Counted from the stretch's first letter, positions 27,851-39,966 are shown. The stretch is 64,000 nucleotides of DNA from a bacterium (GCA_963674595.2 CAXXFV010000009.1:128001-192000); one strand, 5' to 3'. The notes: generated from the sequence alone by a model not told the origin. Numbers and translations: made by a program.

Positions 27851-28600
27851 TCGGGTTCACATACTTATAATCATTCACTTTTTAAAAAACATTACATCAC
27901 CCCCTCCTGCTTTATCTCCTGAATAACGCATTTTTAAATTTCCTGAATATTATCTCATGTTTTTCCCTACAAGGAATTAGTTCTTTATAGTACTAAAGAA
28001 CGAGTTCCTTTTTCATCCTTTTGGGCGATTGACTTTAGGGTTGAATTTGATTAACTACTATTATCAACAAAATTATACAATGAAACATATAGTGATGACA
28101 TAGATATTTAAAATCAAGTCAAAAAAAATAAGAGACCAAACAATGCAACTGAGCATTCATTATTATGTCCTGTTATTGAGCGAACAAATGAGCAGGCTTT
28201 ACGAGGGATTTCGAGACAAACTCATTGATATTCAAAACACGCATTTTCCGTTTGAAACTACAATTGATGTTGGTAATCCTGCCTCCAAAGACATACAATT
28301 GAAAAAATTTTATCACCAAACAGACCAGCACTTTGCCCATTATTATAAACAAGATCCACTTGCATTAGTGGTAGTCGGCGAAGAGAGAAGCCAGGCCATT
28401 TTTAAAACTTTGACGAAGCATAGGGATGAATATATCGGCGTGGTTGAAGGCGATTATACCACCACTTCTCTGCACGATTTGGGCAAGATTATATGGCCCG
28501 TCGTCAAGGAGGCCATCGCGGGTGTAAATAAAAATGCCATGCGTGATCTGGAAATAGCGGTCGAGAGGCATAAAGTCGTTTTCGGAATTGACTTGGTGGG
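27242..28600 (+). repeat. 1359 bp direct repeat, copy 1
   Basis: Matches 41596-42954 (offset 14354) with about six substitutions seen by eye. Confidence 0.95.
27973..28008. promoter_or_regulatory. Inverted repeat downstream of the LuxR gene (possible operator); repeated at 42327-42362
   Basis: GGAATTAGTTCTTTA-TAGTAC-TAAAGAACGAGTTCC. Confidence 0.4.
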
Positions 28601-28703
28601 CATATTGTGGACAGAGTCTTCTTTCACATATAATGTGGAAGAAGACTATCATCTAAAAGGTAGTACACGCAAAACGGATCAAGGCTTGTTAATATCAAAG
28701 TAA
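28143..28703 (+). pseudogene. baeRF3/Balon-like protein, prematurely terminated copy
   Basis: Same as 42497 for ~150 codons; TAA at 28701 where the paralog has His, with homology (VDI..V.DDVVDIII) continuing after the stop. Confidence 0.7.
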
Positions 28704-28776
28704 GTGGATATTAACAAGGTTCTTGATGATGTGGTGGATATAATCATAATAATAATTCTTATTAATTATTAAAAGT

Positions 28777-29550
28777 ATGGTGAAAAATATGAAAAAAAGA
28801 GTCGAGAAAAAAGTTATTGTCGTAACTGGTGGTGCATTGGGAATAGGACGAGAAACATGCATTTTATTAGCAAAAGAAGGTGCAAGCGTTGCCGTAACAG
28901 ATATACTTGAAAAAGAAGGTCAAGAATTAGTTGGAGAAATTAACAATATAGGTGGAACTGCAAAATTCTGGCATCTTGATGTATCTCACGAAAAAGAAGT
29001 GGAAAAGGTTTATGCCAAAGTAGTTAAAGAATTTGGGAGACTTGATGCAACTGTGAACAACGCAGGAATAGCAGGTGCAGACAAGCCAACTCATGAATTA
29101 ACTGAACATGAATGGGATGCCGTGATGAATATAAATGTTAAAGGAGTTTTCTTTTGCACTAAACATGCGGTTCTACACATGAAGAAATCAGGCGGTGGAA
29201 GTATAATAAATTTGTCCTCGATTTATGGTTTAGTTGGGGCCGGAGATATACCTCATTATCATGCTTCAAAAGGTGCTGTTAGGTTAATGACCAAAAATGA
29301 TGCGTTGATCTATGCAAAAGATAATATAAGAGTAAATTCTGTACATCCCGGATTTATTTGGACGCCATTAGTTGAAGAATTAGGTAAAAATACCCCTGGA
29401 TTTAAAGATAAACTTGACAGGTTACATCCTATAGGACATATTGGAGAATCCATAGATATAGCATATGGAATTCTTTATCTTGTATCTGACGAATCAAAAT
29501 TTGTTACTGGAAGTGAGTTAGTTATTGATGGTGGTTATACCTGTAAGTGA
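28777..29550 (+). CDS. Short-chain dehydrogenase/reductase
   Basis: TGGALGIG, NNAG, YHASKG, RVNSVHPG, IDGG. Confidence 0.95.
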   Translation: MVKNMKKRVEKKVIVVTGGALGIGRETCILLAKEGASVAVTDILEKEGQELVGEINNIGGTAKFWHLDVSHEKEVEKVYAKVVKEFGRLDATVNNAGIAGADKPTHELTEHEWDAVMNINVKGVFFCTKHAVLHMKKSGGGSIINLSSIYGLVGAGDIPHYHASKGAVRLMTKNDALIYAKDNIRVNSVHPGFIWTPLVEELGKNTPGFKDKLDRLHPIGHIGESIDIAYGILYLVSDESKFVTGSELVIDGGYTCK

Positions 29551-29780
29551 TGAGTTTAAAAACGTGAGCGAACAAATGTCATTTATTATAGAGGATGAAA
29601 TGAAATATCAGACGTTTAGGTTTAAGTTAATTGATGTTCAAACTTTTGTATCCTCTTTCGGCTTAATATAATGGAGATCAAACTTGAAATGATATACACT
29701 AATTCCTCCTCATTGAAAGGCTCAGGAAAATTATTTTCATATATCCCATGTCTGGTTGAAACCTGTTACTATGGGACAAA

Positions 29781-30990
29781 ATGTTTATGATCCACCTCAA
29801 AGACTTTTATCGTAAGCTGGGAGCACTGCTTGAAAATATAGATGAAGGATGGACAAAAGAAGACTTTTTATTTTCTGTCATTTCCAAGTTGAAAAGCTCT
29901 TTCGGACAAGATTTGCATATTGGCAACGGTCGTCTTTACGTTGAGGAGTTCGATCAGTATCTTTTAGTAAGACATTCTGAACGGAATGAGACCGCAGATC
30001 AGGGAGGTTTAACAGCACTATATCTAGATATAGTACGTCTGGTGATTGGACATAGGAGTTACATTTTTGACGATCAGTCCTTGGGCATCAATAGTAAAAG
30101 CGATCAGACTAGAGACTATACCATTCCTGCTGTGTTTTTGGTTCATAATCCCGACAAGAGATGGAAATTCGTTTTTACTCTTGAAAGAGAGTGGATACGG
30201 GAAGAAATTGAATTTTGTTTAAATGCTGTACGACCATTACTGAATTATCGCCTCCACGCAACAGCAATGAAAAATAATATGCAACAAGCAACACTTGTAC
30301 GACAGAGCCTTTTGCCAAGCAGCCTGCCACAAATTGGCGGGTACGAAATAGCAGCTCAATCATATCCAGCAGAAGTCGTTGGTGGTGATTTTTATGATTT
30401 TAAAGTTTTTGATAATCAAGTGTTTAGCGTAGCGGTTGGCGATGCTAGTGGCCACGGGGTACCAGCAGCGATTATGGTCCGAGATATTGTAACAGGTTTA
30501 CACATGGGAGTAGAAAAAGAGATGAAAATGGCCGAGTCGCTGCAAAAACTAAATAATGTTTTACACCGCAGCCGTGCTCTGTCGTCAAGTTTTGTCTCAC
30601 TGTTTTATGGTGAAATAGAATGTAATGGAAATATTTTTTACGTGAATGCCAGCCACATCCTCTACCACTTTTGGTTTATAATTCAAAAGTTAGTCAACTC
30701 AATTCGACTAGGGTTATTCTCGGTGCAGTTTCTGATAACACATTACATCGTGACGCCTCAACCATTGAACCAGGTGCTGTTTTAGTTTTGGCGATGGTTT
30801 GTTTGAAAGATTCGGTCCTGATTAGGAAGATTTTGGTCTCGCTCAATTAGAAAGAATAGTTGTTCAAAATCAAAAAAAAGTGCTCAAGAGAATCTTGAAG
30901 TTATTTATTAGTCCGTTTATGCGTTCGGAAAAGATTTTAAATGGTAGGATGATGTTACTATTGTAATTATAAAAAGATTGAGTACATGAA
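29781..30990 (+). pseudogene. SpoIIE/RsbU-like PP2C phosphatase, frameshifted
   Basis: VGGDFYD, VGDASGHG; frame lost near 30655 (NASH); remnants such as DDVTIVIIKR lie in another frame with stops. Confidence 0.8.
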
Positions 30991-31231
30991 GGTTGCATAT
31001 GATAATATTACGTGACTGTTGCATGGATTTATAAACAACCAACTTGGTTAATTTCTGATAGTAAGGAGAAGTTGATATTGGAAAAATTTGTTGATCATGT
31101 GATGAAATATTTGGTCGATAGACTGACGTTGAAGTGTTAGAAAGAATTATCGAAAAGCCTGGTGGTTTGAATGCTGAATCTTCCACTAAATTGAAAACTT
31201 AATTCAGCGAATAAAAATAAGGAGATGTATC

Positions 31232-31663
31232 ATGGCACTAGCAAGATGGCAAGAGATTGAGAACATGTTTGATCGCTACACGAGAGCGATGGGGCTACCT
31301 CGATCTGGAAATCAAGAGGTTATTGCAACAGGTGACTGGGCCCCTAGGGTAGACATTGCTGAAACCGACAAAGCATTCGAGATAAAAGCGGAGATTCCTG
31401 AAGTCAACAAGGAGGATGTTAAAGTTACTATTGACAATGGCGTCCTGACGATTCGGGGAGAGAGAAAACAGGAAAAAGAAGAGGAAGGAAAAAAGTTTCA
31501 CCGAATTGAACGATACTATGGGAGTTTCACCCGTAGCTTTACATTGCCTGACAATGTCGATGAAAATAAAATAAAGGCTTCTTTCAAAGATGGAATGCTG
31601 AATCTCCAGATTCTAAAGACTGAAGTGGCTAAACCAAAAGCCATTGAGGTCAAAGTGGAATAA
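31232..31663 (+). CDS. Hsp20 / alpha-crystallin small heat-shock protein
   Basis: WAPRVDIAET, GVLTIRGER, ERYYGSFTRSFTLP, FKDGML. Confidence 0.96.
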   Translation: MALARWQEIENMFDRYTRAMGLPRSGNQEVIATGDWAPRVDIAETDKAFEIKAEIPEVNKEDVKVTIDNGVLTIRGERKQEKEEEGKKFHRIERYYGSFTRSFTLPDNVDENKIKASFKDGMLNLQILKTEVAKPKAIEVKVE

Positions 31664-31764
31664 AGGAGAGCAACTCTAAGCATTGGCGGAACACTGGTTG
31701 GGAAACGCAACTATTCTCCCAACCAGTTGGTCGTATAAGTGAAAATTCCAAAAACTAAAAAAGG

Positions 31765-32025
31765 ATGTTGCTAATGAAAGAGTTTATTGAATATGTGATT
31801 AAACATTTGGTTGACAACCCTGACAAAGTTCATGTTGCAGAAACTATTGGCGAACATACTGCCTTATACGAACTTTGGGTGAACGACAGGGATATGGGAA
31901 AAGTGATCGGTAAAAGAGGACAAACAGCAGACTCTCTCCGAACTATACTGGCAGCAGCCGTATCAAAAAGCGGAAAACGATACGTTTTGGAAATAGTGGA
32001 TAGGAATTACTCAAGAGAAAACTAA
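31765..32025 (+). CDS. khpA: KH-domain RNA-binding protein KhpA
   Basis: LVDNPD, DMGKVIGKRGQTADSLRT. Confidence 0.85.
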   Translation: MLLMKEFIEYVIKHLVDNPDKVHVAETIGEHTALYELWVNDRDMGKVIGKRGQTADSLRTILAAAVSKSGKRYVLEIVDRNYSREN

Positions 32026-32167
32026 TCACAATACAAAAATTCAGACAGGGCTATATTGGCTCTTAATTCTGTTTTGCATTATGAATTGAACGAAGAAATA
32101 CGTTGGCATGATGATGGTGGCAATAATCTATGAGGTATTATTAAAAAGTGAAAATATTTGATATAAA

Positions 32168-33334
32168 GTGGGGAAATATCTAATGCACATGGATCCCGTA
32201 ATGGTTATGCTGACTATTGCTGTCCTGGCAATTTTAATTGTAGGTTTTTTCATACATTGGGTAAAGCAGCCGTATGTTGTCGCCTATATGATCGTAGGTG
32301 TGATAATTGGGCCTCATGGGCTTGCCCTCGTCAGCGATCAATTAGATTTGTCGAAAATTGGCTCTATTGGTGTTCTGTTGCTATTGTTTTTTACAGGAAT
32401 GGAAATATCATTGCCTCGTCTCATTTCCCATTGGCGTGTAGCCGTCATTGGAACACTACTTCAGATTTTAATTAGTGTGGGCATCCTTTGCGGATTGGGT
32501 TATTGGTTTAATTGGCCCCTGGCACAAAGTGTACTGCTGGGATTTGTGATTAGCTTGAGCAGCACTGCTGTGATAATTAAAATTCTTCAGGAATGGAAAG
32601 AATTAGACACAGATGTAGGCAAGGATGTGATTGGTATATTGCTAATTCAGGACCTGGCAATAGTTCCTATGATTATATCCATCAATTTTCTTGGTGGGGC
32701 TGCTTTCAATCTTGCGGAAATTATACTACAGATTATAGGAGGTCTTGTTATTATTGCTTTGCTCATCTGGATCCTTATCAAACGAGAGTTCAAAATGCCC
32801 TTTGGACATCTTCTTAGAAAGGATAATGAACTTCAGGTATTTTCCGCTTTTACACTCTGTTTTGGCCTGGCTTTCATCACCGGGGTATTTAACTTATCAG
32901 CAGCATTAGGCGCATTTATAGCTGGTATTTTAATCTCTGTTGCAAAAGAAACTGCCTGGGTGTATAAACGATTGGAACCATTTCATGTGGTTTTCGTTGC
33001 GTTCTTTTTTGTGAGTATTGGAATGCTGGTTGATTTGAATTTTGTACGAGATAACTTGATACTTGCTTTAAGCTTAGTAATATTATCAGTTTTGATCAAC
33101 ACAGTAGTGAATGCAATTATTATGCGCTTTTTAGGAGAAAGTTGGAGAAGCAGTTTATATGGTGGAGCATTGCTTTCACAGATTGGTGAATTCAGTTTTG
33201 TATTGGCCGCTATAGGAATTGAAACGGCTATTATAACCACATTTAGCTATCAGATGACGATCATCGTTATTGCATTAACGCTTTTGCTCTGTCCGCTATG
33301 GATATTATCAATGAAGCGTTTTACAAAAAGATAG
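32168..33334 (+). CDS. CPA2-family cation:proton antiporter (membrane domain only)
   Basis: Multiple TM segments; SLSSTAV, LLIQDL, LGAFIAG, LSQIGEFSFVL. Confidence 0.92.
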   Translation: MGKYLMHMDPVMVMLTIAVLAILIVGFFIHWVKQPYVVAYMIVGVIIGPHGLALVSDQLDLSKIGSIGVLLLLFFTGMEISLPRLISHWRVAVIGTLLQILISVGILCGLGYWFNWPLAQSVLLGFVISLSSTAVIIKILQEWKELDTDVGKDVIGILLIQDLAIVPMIISINFLGGAAFNLAEIILQIIGGLVIIALLIWILIKREFKMPFGHLLRKDNELQVFSAFTLCFGLAFITGVFNLSAALGAFIAGILISVAKETAWVYKRLEPFHVVFVAFFFVSIGMLVDLNFVRDNLILALSLVILSVLINTVVNAIIMRFLGESWRSSLYGGALLSQIGEFSFVLAAIGIETAIITTFSYQMTIIVIALTLLLCPLWILSMKRFTKR

Positions 33335-33372
33335 ATAGTTTAGATAAAAGTGAACATAAAAAGGAGACTAGC

Positions 33373-34263
33373 ATGATTTTCATTTTAGTAGTAATTATCA
33401 CCGTTGTAGCCTTTTTTGTATGGCGAGTTTTTAAGAGTAAGGTAAAGCAAAACCAGGTTCAATTTCGATCTGTTAGTAGAGTCAGCCTCCTTGCTGTTGG
33501 CATATTTGGAATTCTTGCTTTCATTCAGTGTTTTACACAGGTTCCCGCTGGGCATGTTGGTGTAGTTGATTTCTTTGGCATTGTGTCAGGGAAAACACTC
33601 CCTGCCGGAATTAATTTTGTTAATCCATTTGCACGTGTTATTAAATTCTCAATTCAGACCAAAGAACATAAAGAAACCATGGAAGTGCTCAGCCGAGAAG
33701 GGTTGACAATTGGCCTGGAGATCAGTGTGCTTTATAGGCTCAATCCTGATTCTGCTGCACGCGTCTACAAAACCGTTGCCGGTGGTGACTATGAAACCAT
33801 TATTCTTATTCCTCAATTTCGGTCTATCAGTCGTGCTGTTACTGCAAGTTTTCAGGCCAGTGCGCTTTATTCAGCCGAACGAGACCAGCTCGGATTGGCC
33901 ATTCAGGAAGAACTTGCCAGGATTGTTGCCCCACGAGGAGTAACTATTGAAACAACCCCGCTGCGAAATGTTGCATTGCCGGTTCAATTAACCGAAGCGA
34001 TTGAGCAAAAACAGAAAGCAGACCAGGAAAGCCAACGGATGGAATTCATCTTAACCAAGGAAAAGCAAGAAGCTGACCGGAAACGAATTGAAGCAAAAGG
34101 CATTGCTGATTTCCAAACTATCGTTGCTGCTGGAATTAGCGAACAATTGCTACGTTGGAAGGGTATTGAGGCGACAGAGAAACTTGCAAGTTCGCCAAAC
34201 ACCAAAGTGATCATCGTCGGCGGTGGGAAAGACGGTTTGCCGGTGATACTGGATACAAAGTAA
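33373..34263 (+). CDS. SPFH/prohibitin-family protein
   Basis: VPAGHVGV, AIEQKQKADQE, RKRIEAKGIA; start at AAGGAG-ATG 33373. Confidence 0.92.
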   Translation: MIFILVVIITVVAFFVWRVFKSKVKQNQVQFRSVSRVSLLAVGIFGILAFIQCFTQVPAGHVGVVDFFGIVSGKTLPAGINFVNPFARVIKFSIQTKEHKETMEVLSREGLTIGLEISVLYRLNPDSAARVYKTVAGGDYETIILIPQFRSISRAVTASFQASALYSAERDQLGLAIQEELARIVAPRGVTIETTPLRNVALPVQLTEAIEQKQKADQESQRMEFILTKEKQEADRKRIEAKGIADFQTIVAAGISEQLLRWKGIEATEKLASSPNTKVIIVGGGKDGLPVILDTK

Positions 34264-34800
34264 CTGCTTGCCATAGAGGACATTACAGAACGAACGCAAC
34301 TGGAAGAAAAATTAGCCAAGTCTGCAATCACCGATGATCTAACTGGTCTCTACAATAGACGGGGTCTTTTTGTTCTGGCGGATAAGATGTTAAAGTTATC
34401 CAAGAGGCAAGGGAAGGGAATTTTTATGCTTTATATAGACTTGGATAATTTAAAGAATATCAATGATTCATTCGGACATTCTGAAGGAGACAAAGTCTTA
34501 ATTAATAGTGCAAATATACTGAGAGAAGTTTATCGGGAATCCGACATTATAGCTCGTATTGGAGGGGATGAGTTTGTCGTTCTACCCGTCGGAACTGATG
34601 GTGACAGTTCTGATAAAATCATCTCTCGCCTGAGAGGCAGATTGGACGCATTTAATTTAAAAAATGATCCCGGATACAAGTTGTCATTAAGCACTGGTAT
34701 TGCATACTATGGCCCTAAATCCAATTTATCTATGAATGAACTAATAGTACGTGGCGAAAAATCTATGTACGAGTATAAAAAATTGAAAAATAGAACTTGA
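34264..34800 (+). pseudogene. GGDEF diguanylate cyclase, N-terminally truncated
   Basis: Frame begins right after the SPFH stop with LLAIEDITER...TDDLTGLYNRR; DLDNLKNINDSFGH, RIGGDEF. Confidence 0.8.
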
Positions 34801-34846
34801 AACTTTGGCCCTTTTAAAAAAGACTATGCCAATATAAAGGTTTAAT

Positions 34847-37130
34847 ATGAAAAATAAAGAAACTGCTTCAACCGTTAATCGTATCGCTTTCATTGGCAAT
34901 TACTCGCCACGTCAGTGCGGCATAGCCACATTTACCACTGATTTGTGTGAGGCCATTGCTACTGAATATAAGGATTTAACATGCATTGCACTGCCTGTGA
35001 ATGACATTGCAGCGGGTTATGCTTATCCGCCAAGAGTTCGTTTTGAATTGACGGAAAAGGACATTAAATCATATCATCGTGCTGCTGATTTTATGAATAT
35101 CAACAAAGTTGATATAGCATGTTTGCAATTTGAATATGGCATTTTTGGTGGTCGGACAGGAAGTCATATTCTGGCACTCTTACGTGAATTGCGAATGCCT
35201 ACTGTTACGACACTGCATACCATTCTTCAAAAACCTCATCCCGATCAACACCGAGTACTGAAACAAGTTGCAGCATTATCCGATCGTCTGGTAGTGATGA
35301 GTGAGAGAGGAAAAGAATTTTTGCAGGAGATCTATCACGTAAGGCCGGAAAAGATTGATTTTATTCCGCACGGAATTCCCGACGTACCTTTTGAAGATCC
35401 AAGTTACCACAAAGACCTTTTTGGAATGGAAGGAAAAACTGTTTTACTGAGTTTTGGTTTGCTTTCTGCTAATAAAGGTATCGAAACTGTTATTGCAGCC
35501 CTGCCCGAAATTGTCACTCGATATCCTGAAATAATGTATATTATTCTTGGAGCCACCCATCCACATGTTCTTGAACATGAAGGTGAAAAATATCGTTTAT
35601 CCTTGCAATGGTTAGCACATGAAAAAGGAGTGGAAAGCAATGTTGTCTTTTACAACCAATTTGTTAGTCTAGAAGAACTTGTACAGTTCATTAGTGCCGC
35701 AGACATTTATATAACACCCTATCTCGATGCAGCACAAATCACTTCAGGTACATTGGCTTATACTATTGGAGCAGGTAAAGCTGTTATTTCGACCCCTTAT
35801 TGGTATGCAGAGGAGATGTTGGCAGAGGAACGGGGAATTTTAGTGCCGTTCAGTGATTCAACAGCATTGGCCAAACAAGTGATACATCTGTTGGAGAATG
35901 AGCCCAAGCGCCATGCCATGCGTAAACGTGCCTATCTCTATGGCAGGAGCATGATTTGGCCTGAGGTTGCACATCGTTATATGGAGAGTTTCAATCGAGC
36001 TCGTGAAGAAAAACGGAATTATGTTCACCTTGGTTTCGCAGCTTGGTCACTCGACAAACATCATGGTGAACTGCCACGCCTGAAACTCGATCATTTACGT
36101 CATATGACAGATGAAACCGGCATGATGCAGCATGCAATTTTCACAATTCCGAATTATAGTGAAGGCTACACCACTGATGATAACGCACGAGCCCTTTTGG
36201 TTAGTGCTTTGTTGCAAGAATTGGGTGAAGGCGAAGTTTTGGCACTCAGTATGCGATATATGGCTTTTATCTGGTATGCTTTCAATGCAAAAAAACGGAC
36301 GTTTTTGCAATTTTATGGATTATCGACGAAATTGGTTGGAAGATTGGGGCTCAAACGACAGTCACGGACGAGTGTTGTGGGCTTTGGGGATAGTACTAGG
36401 CAGATCAAATGTAACAGCGCTGCAAAGCATGGCTGGACACATATTTGAACAAGCCATACCTGCAATCCTTGATACCACCAGCCCACGGGCATGGGCCTTT
36501 GCACTTTTAGGCATTGACGAATACCTTTATCGCTTTGAGGGTGACCGGAAAGTAGAACACGTACAGCAGGAATTGGCTGGGCGGTTACTTGGTTTGTATC
36601 AACGAAATCGTACGGATGACTGGCGTTGGTTCGAAACAAAGCTTACCTATTGCAATGCGTCTTTGCCACATGCATTAATTATTTGCGGTAAATCAATCCA
36701 GAATGATTTAATGACCGATGCTGGAATGGAATCTCTTAAATGGTTTGCCTCAATACAACAAGGAAAAGGGGGCCATTTTGTACCCATTGGTTCCAATGGC
36801 TTTTATGAGCGGGGGAGCGAACAAGCCCGCTTTGATCAACTACCGGTGGAAGCACAAACGATGGTTTCGGCATGCCTTGAGGCTTATCGGTTTTCTGGCG
36901 ATAAAGAATGGCGAACAGAGGCACGCCGTGCCTTTGATTGGTTTCTGGGTAGAAATGATCTAAATCTGCCTGTCTATGACCCAACTACAGGTGGCTGTCG
37001 AGACGGATTACATTCGGATCGTGCTAACGAAAATCAAGGTGCAGAATCAACTCTGGCCTTTCTCCAGGCATTGCTGGAACTACGTCTGGCTGAAAATTTA
37101 ATAAATACAATGGAGAACCAAACGCAATGA
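34847..37130 (+). pseudogene. GT4 glycosyltransferase fused to an (alpha/alpha)6 glycosidase-like domain, split by a +1 frameshift
   Basis: PRQCGIATFT, QITSGTL, STPYWYA, DDNARAL in the first frame; DSHGR, RFDQ.P.E, NQGAESTLA in the second; A7 run at 36289-36295 where A6 would restore the frame. Confidence 0.85.
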
Positions 37131-38059
37131 AACAACAACGTATCGAACTTTTTCACCGTCACAAGGCAAATCCTATTCTGACTGCCGCTGATTGGCCCTA
37201 TCCTGTCCATACAGTGCTGAATGCTGCGGCCACCTTGTTGTATGATGGTACGACTTTGCTACTGTGCCGTGTTGAGGACTACAGAGGGCATTCTCATTTA
37301 TGTGCTGCCCGTTCCGCAAATGGTGTGGATGATTGGAAGATAGACTCAAAACCCACTCTCATGGCCGATCCTGAAAAATTTCCAGAGGAATTGTGGGGGA
37401 TTGAAGATCCACGTATCACCTACGTTCCCGAATTAGAACAATATGCCGTTGTTTATACAGCATTCACACAAGAAGGTCCCGGAGTGTCGCTGGCTTTAAC
37501 AAAGGATTTCCGCAGCTTTGAACGCTGTGCTTTGATCATGTCCCCAGATGATAAAGATGCGGCCCTGCTTCCTCATAGAATTGATGGTCATTGGGTATTA
37601 ATCCATCGCCCCGTCAGTACTATCCATGCTCATATATGGATGTCCTATTCGACCGACCTGCGTTACTGGGGCAACAGCAAGTTGATGCTGGAAGCCAGGC
37701 AGGGAGCGTGGTGGGATGCTGATAAAATTGGATTGTCCCCACCACTTATAGAAACAGATAAGGGATGGCTCATGATCTATCACGGTGTGAAACGAAACGC
37801 AGCCGGTTCTATCTACAGACTTGGTCTAGCATTGTTTGATTTGAAAAAACCAGGGGAATGTCTTAAACGTGGTGACGAGTGGATATTTGCCCCGGAAGAG
37901 ACATATGAGCGCCATGGCGATGTGGATAATGTGGTATTTCCATGCGGCTATACTATTGCCGCAGATGGCGACACAATTAACTTGTATTATGGTGCAGCAG
38001 ATACGAGTATTGCATTGGCCACTGGAAGTATTCGCTCCTTGCTGGATTGGCTTGGTTGA
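37127..38059 (+). CDS. GH130-like glycosidase/phosphorylase
   Basis: NPIL, GIEDPRIT, DKDAAL, LIHRP, IYHGV, NVVFPCG, YYGAADT. Confidence 0.9.
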   Translation: MKQQRIELFHRHKANPILTAADWPYPVHTVLNAAATLLYDGTTLLLCRVEDYRGHSHLCAARSANGVDDWKIDSKPTLMADPEKFPEELWGIEDPRITYVPELEQYAVVYTAFTQEGPGVSLALTKDFRSFERCALIMSPDDKDAALLPHRIDGHWVLIHRPVSTIHAHIWMSYSTDLRYWGNSKLMLEARQGAWWDADKIGLSPPLIETDKGWLMIYHGVKRNAAGSIYRLGLALFDLKKPGECLKRGDEWIFAPEETYERHGDVDNVVFPCGYTIAADGDTINLYYGAADTSIALATGSIRSLLDWLG

Positions 38060-38184
38060 GAAAGATTAAAGCAAAGTTCGAGATTATAGATGTTTCTATT
38101 TAAAAATCCTCGATCCTATACAAACGAAAGTCATTTTATGAAAAAGGCTGCAAGCATATACTTTTATATATAGGAAATGAATAA

Positions 38185-38784
38185 ATGAAGCAAAGCACTT
38201 TATTAAATGTTTGTATTATTGTTGCCCATCCTGACGATGAAACTTTGTGGGCTGGCGGTATCGTTCTTATGCAACCCCGGTGGCGCTGTTTTGTTATGTC
38301 ACTATGTCGTGCTAACGATCCTGACCGCGCACCGAAATTTAAACAGGCGTTATCGACCTTGGGCGCTATAGGAACCGTGGCTGACATGGATGATAGCCCG
38401 GAACAGCATCCACTTTCTCTGCGTAAAATAAAGAAAAACATAATGGCAGGAATTGGGCCACCTTTATACGATTTAATTTTGACCCATGGCCCCAACGGCG
38501 AATACACACGACATCGAAGACATGAAGAAGTCAGCCGGGCAGTGCTTGAACTTGTCCAAAGTGGTAAAATACGTTGCAGGGAATTGTGGCAGTTTGCCTA
38601 CGAAGATGGTGGAGGTCACTATCTACCCAGGGCTGATGAACAAGCTACCTATTCTGTATTTTTGCCGAAAAATATTTGGAAACGAAAACACAAGATTATT
38701 ACCAAAATTTATGGTTTTGCACCAAGCAGCTGGGAGTCCCGTACTACTCCCCGAATGGAAGCTTTTTACAGAATTGATATCTGA
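38185..38784 (+). CDS. PIG-L family deacetylase
   Basis: AHPDDET, THGPNGEY..HRRH. Confidence 0.88.
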   Translation: MKQSTLLNVCIIVAHPDDETLWAGGIVLMQPRWRCFVMSLCRANDPDRAPKFKQALSTLGAIGTVADMDDSPEQHPLSLRKIKKNIMAGIGPPLYDLILTHGPNGEYTRHRRHEEVSRAVLELVQSGKIRCRELWQFAYEDGGGHYLPRADEQATYSVFLPKNIWKRKHKIITKIYGFAPSSWESRTTPRMEAFYRIDI

Positions 38785-38823
38785 AAAGTAGATTCACTCA
38801 TTTTATACTTATTGGAGCTAAAT

Positions 38824-39966
38824 ATGAAAGTTTTAGTGCTTTATGACTATCCGCCGTCACCCGGAGGTTTGGCAACGCAAGGTGATTTGCTATACAAAGG
38901 TCTTCTTTCATTAGGTGTAGACGCACATGCCGTCCACTTTGAATCGGCCCAGGAAAAAGAATGGTATTACCGCTGGTTTGAGCCGGATATAGTAGTCGGT
39001 GTCGGTTACTGGGGGCATGCGCCACATTTGATATTACACCCCCAGAGATATGGAGTGCAGCCGGTTCCTTGGCTCGTGGCTGATGGATATATAGCCAATT
39101 ATGTTAATGTGCTGAACAAGCTGCCATTAATTCTGGTAACATCTAGCTGGGTAAAAGAAACTTATGTGCGGGACGGTATAAAACCTGATAATATCCATGT
39201 ACTGCCTGTGGGTTGCGATACCGATTCTTTTATCCCACGAGAGCTGTCAGATATCAAAATTGCGACAGTTCGTGAAACCTTGGGTATTGCCGCTGATCAA
39301 TTAATGATTTTAACAGTAGGTGGTGATGCGGCATCCAAAGGTGCACAAGAAGTAATGCAAGCTCTTGCTCTGGTCGATAATCAGCTACCAGACTGGAAAT
39401 ACGTTTGCAAGGTCTGGCCGCAAGACAGGACCAGTATGCAGAACCTTGTAGATTTCCAATTGGCTACCAGTCTGGGCATCGAAAAAAACGTTGTATTTAC
39501 AACCAATAAAATATCACGCAATTTTATGCCCTATTTAATAGGTGCCTGTGATATTTATGCGGCACCTTCCCGGTTGGAAGGATTTGGAATGCCTCAGGTA
39601 GAAGCAGGTGCCTGTGGTAAACCGGTTATTAGTATTAGCGCCATGGCTATGCTGGACACACTGGTCCATGGGGAAACAGCCCTCCTTGCGGGAATTGCTC
39701 AGGAAATCCTCCTATCAGAGACTATCGTGGGTGAGGAGTCCGGATACAAACCTGGCCATCGGGTTGTTTTTAACAAACCACGTACCGCTGATTACAGGGC
39801 CAGTATTTATGATATTGCTGATCACCTGCTCAATTTGATGACCCACCCTGAATTACGAACAAGTATGGGCAAAGCCGGTAGGAAACGTGTTGTGGAAAGG
39901 TTTGATTATCGGATAGTTGCCCAAAAATTTATTGATATTGTAAACCAGGTTTTTGGAGTAAATTGA
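38824..39966 (+). CDS. GT4 glycosyltransferase
   Basis: PSRLEGFGMPQVEAGACGKPVI, MGKAGRKRV. Confidence 0.92.
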   Translation: MKVLVLYDYPPSPGGLATQGDLLYKGLLSLGVDAHAVHFESAQEKEWYYRWFEPDIVVGVGYWGHAPHLILHPQRYGVQPVPWLVADGYIANYVNVLNKLPLILVTSSWVKETYVRDGIKPDNIHVLPVGCDTDSFIPRELSDIKIATVRETLGIAADQLMILTVGGDAASKGAQEVMQALALVDNQLPDWKYVCKVWPQDRTSMQNLVDFQLATSLGIEKNVVFTTNKISRNFMPYLIGACDIYAAPSRLEGFGMPQVEAGACGKPVISISAMAMLDTLVHGETALLAGIAQEILLSETIVGEESGYKPGHRVVFNKPRTADYRASIYDIADHLLNLMTHPELRTSMGKAGRKRVVERFDYRIVAQKFIDIVNQVFGVN

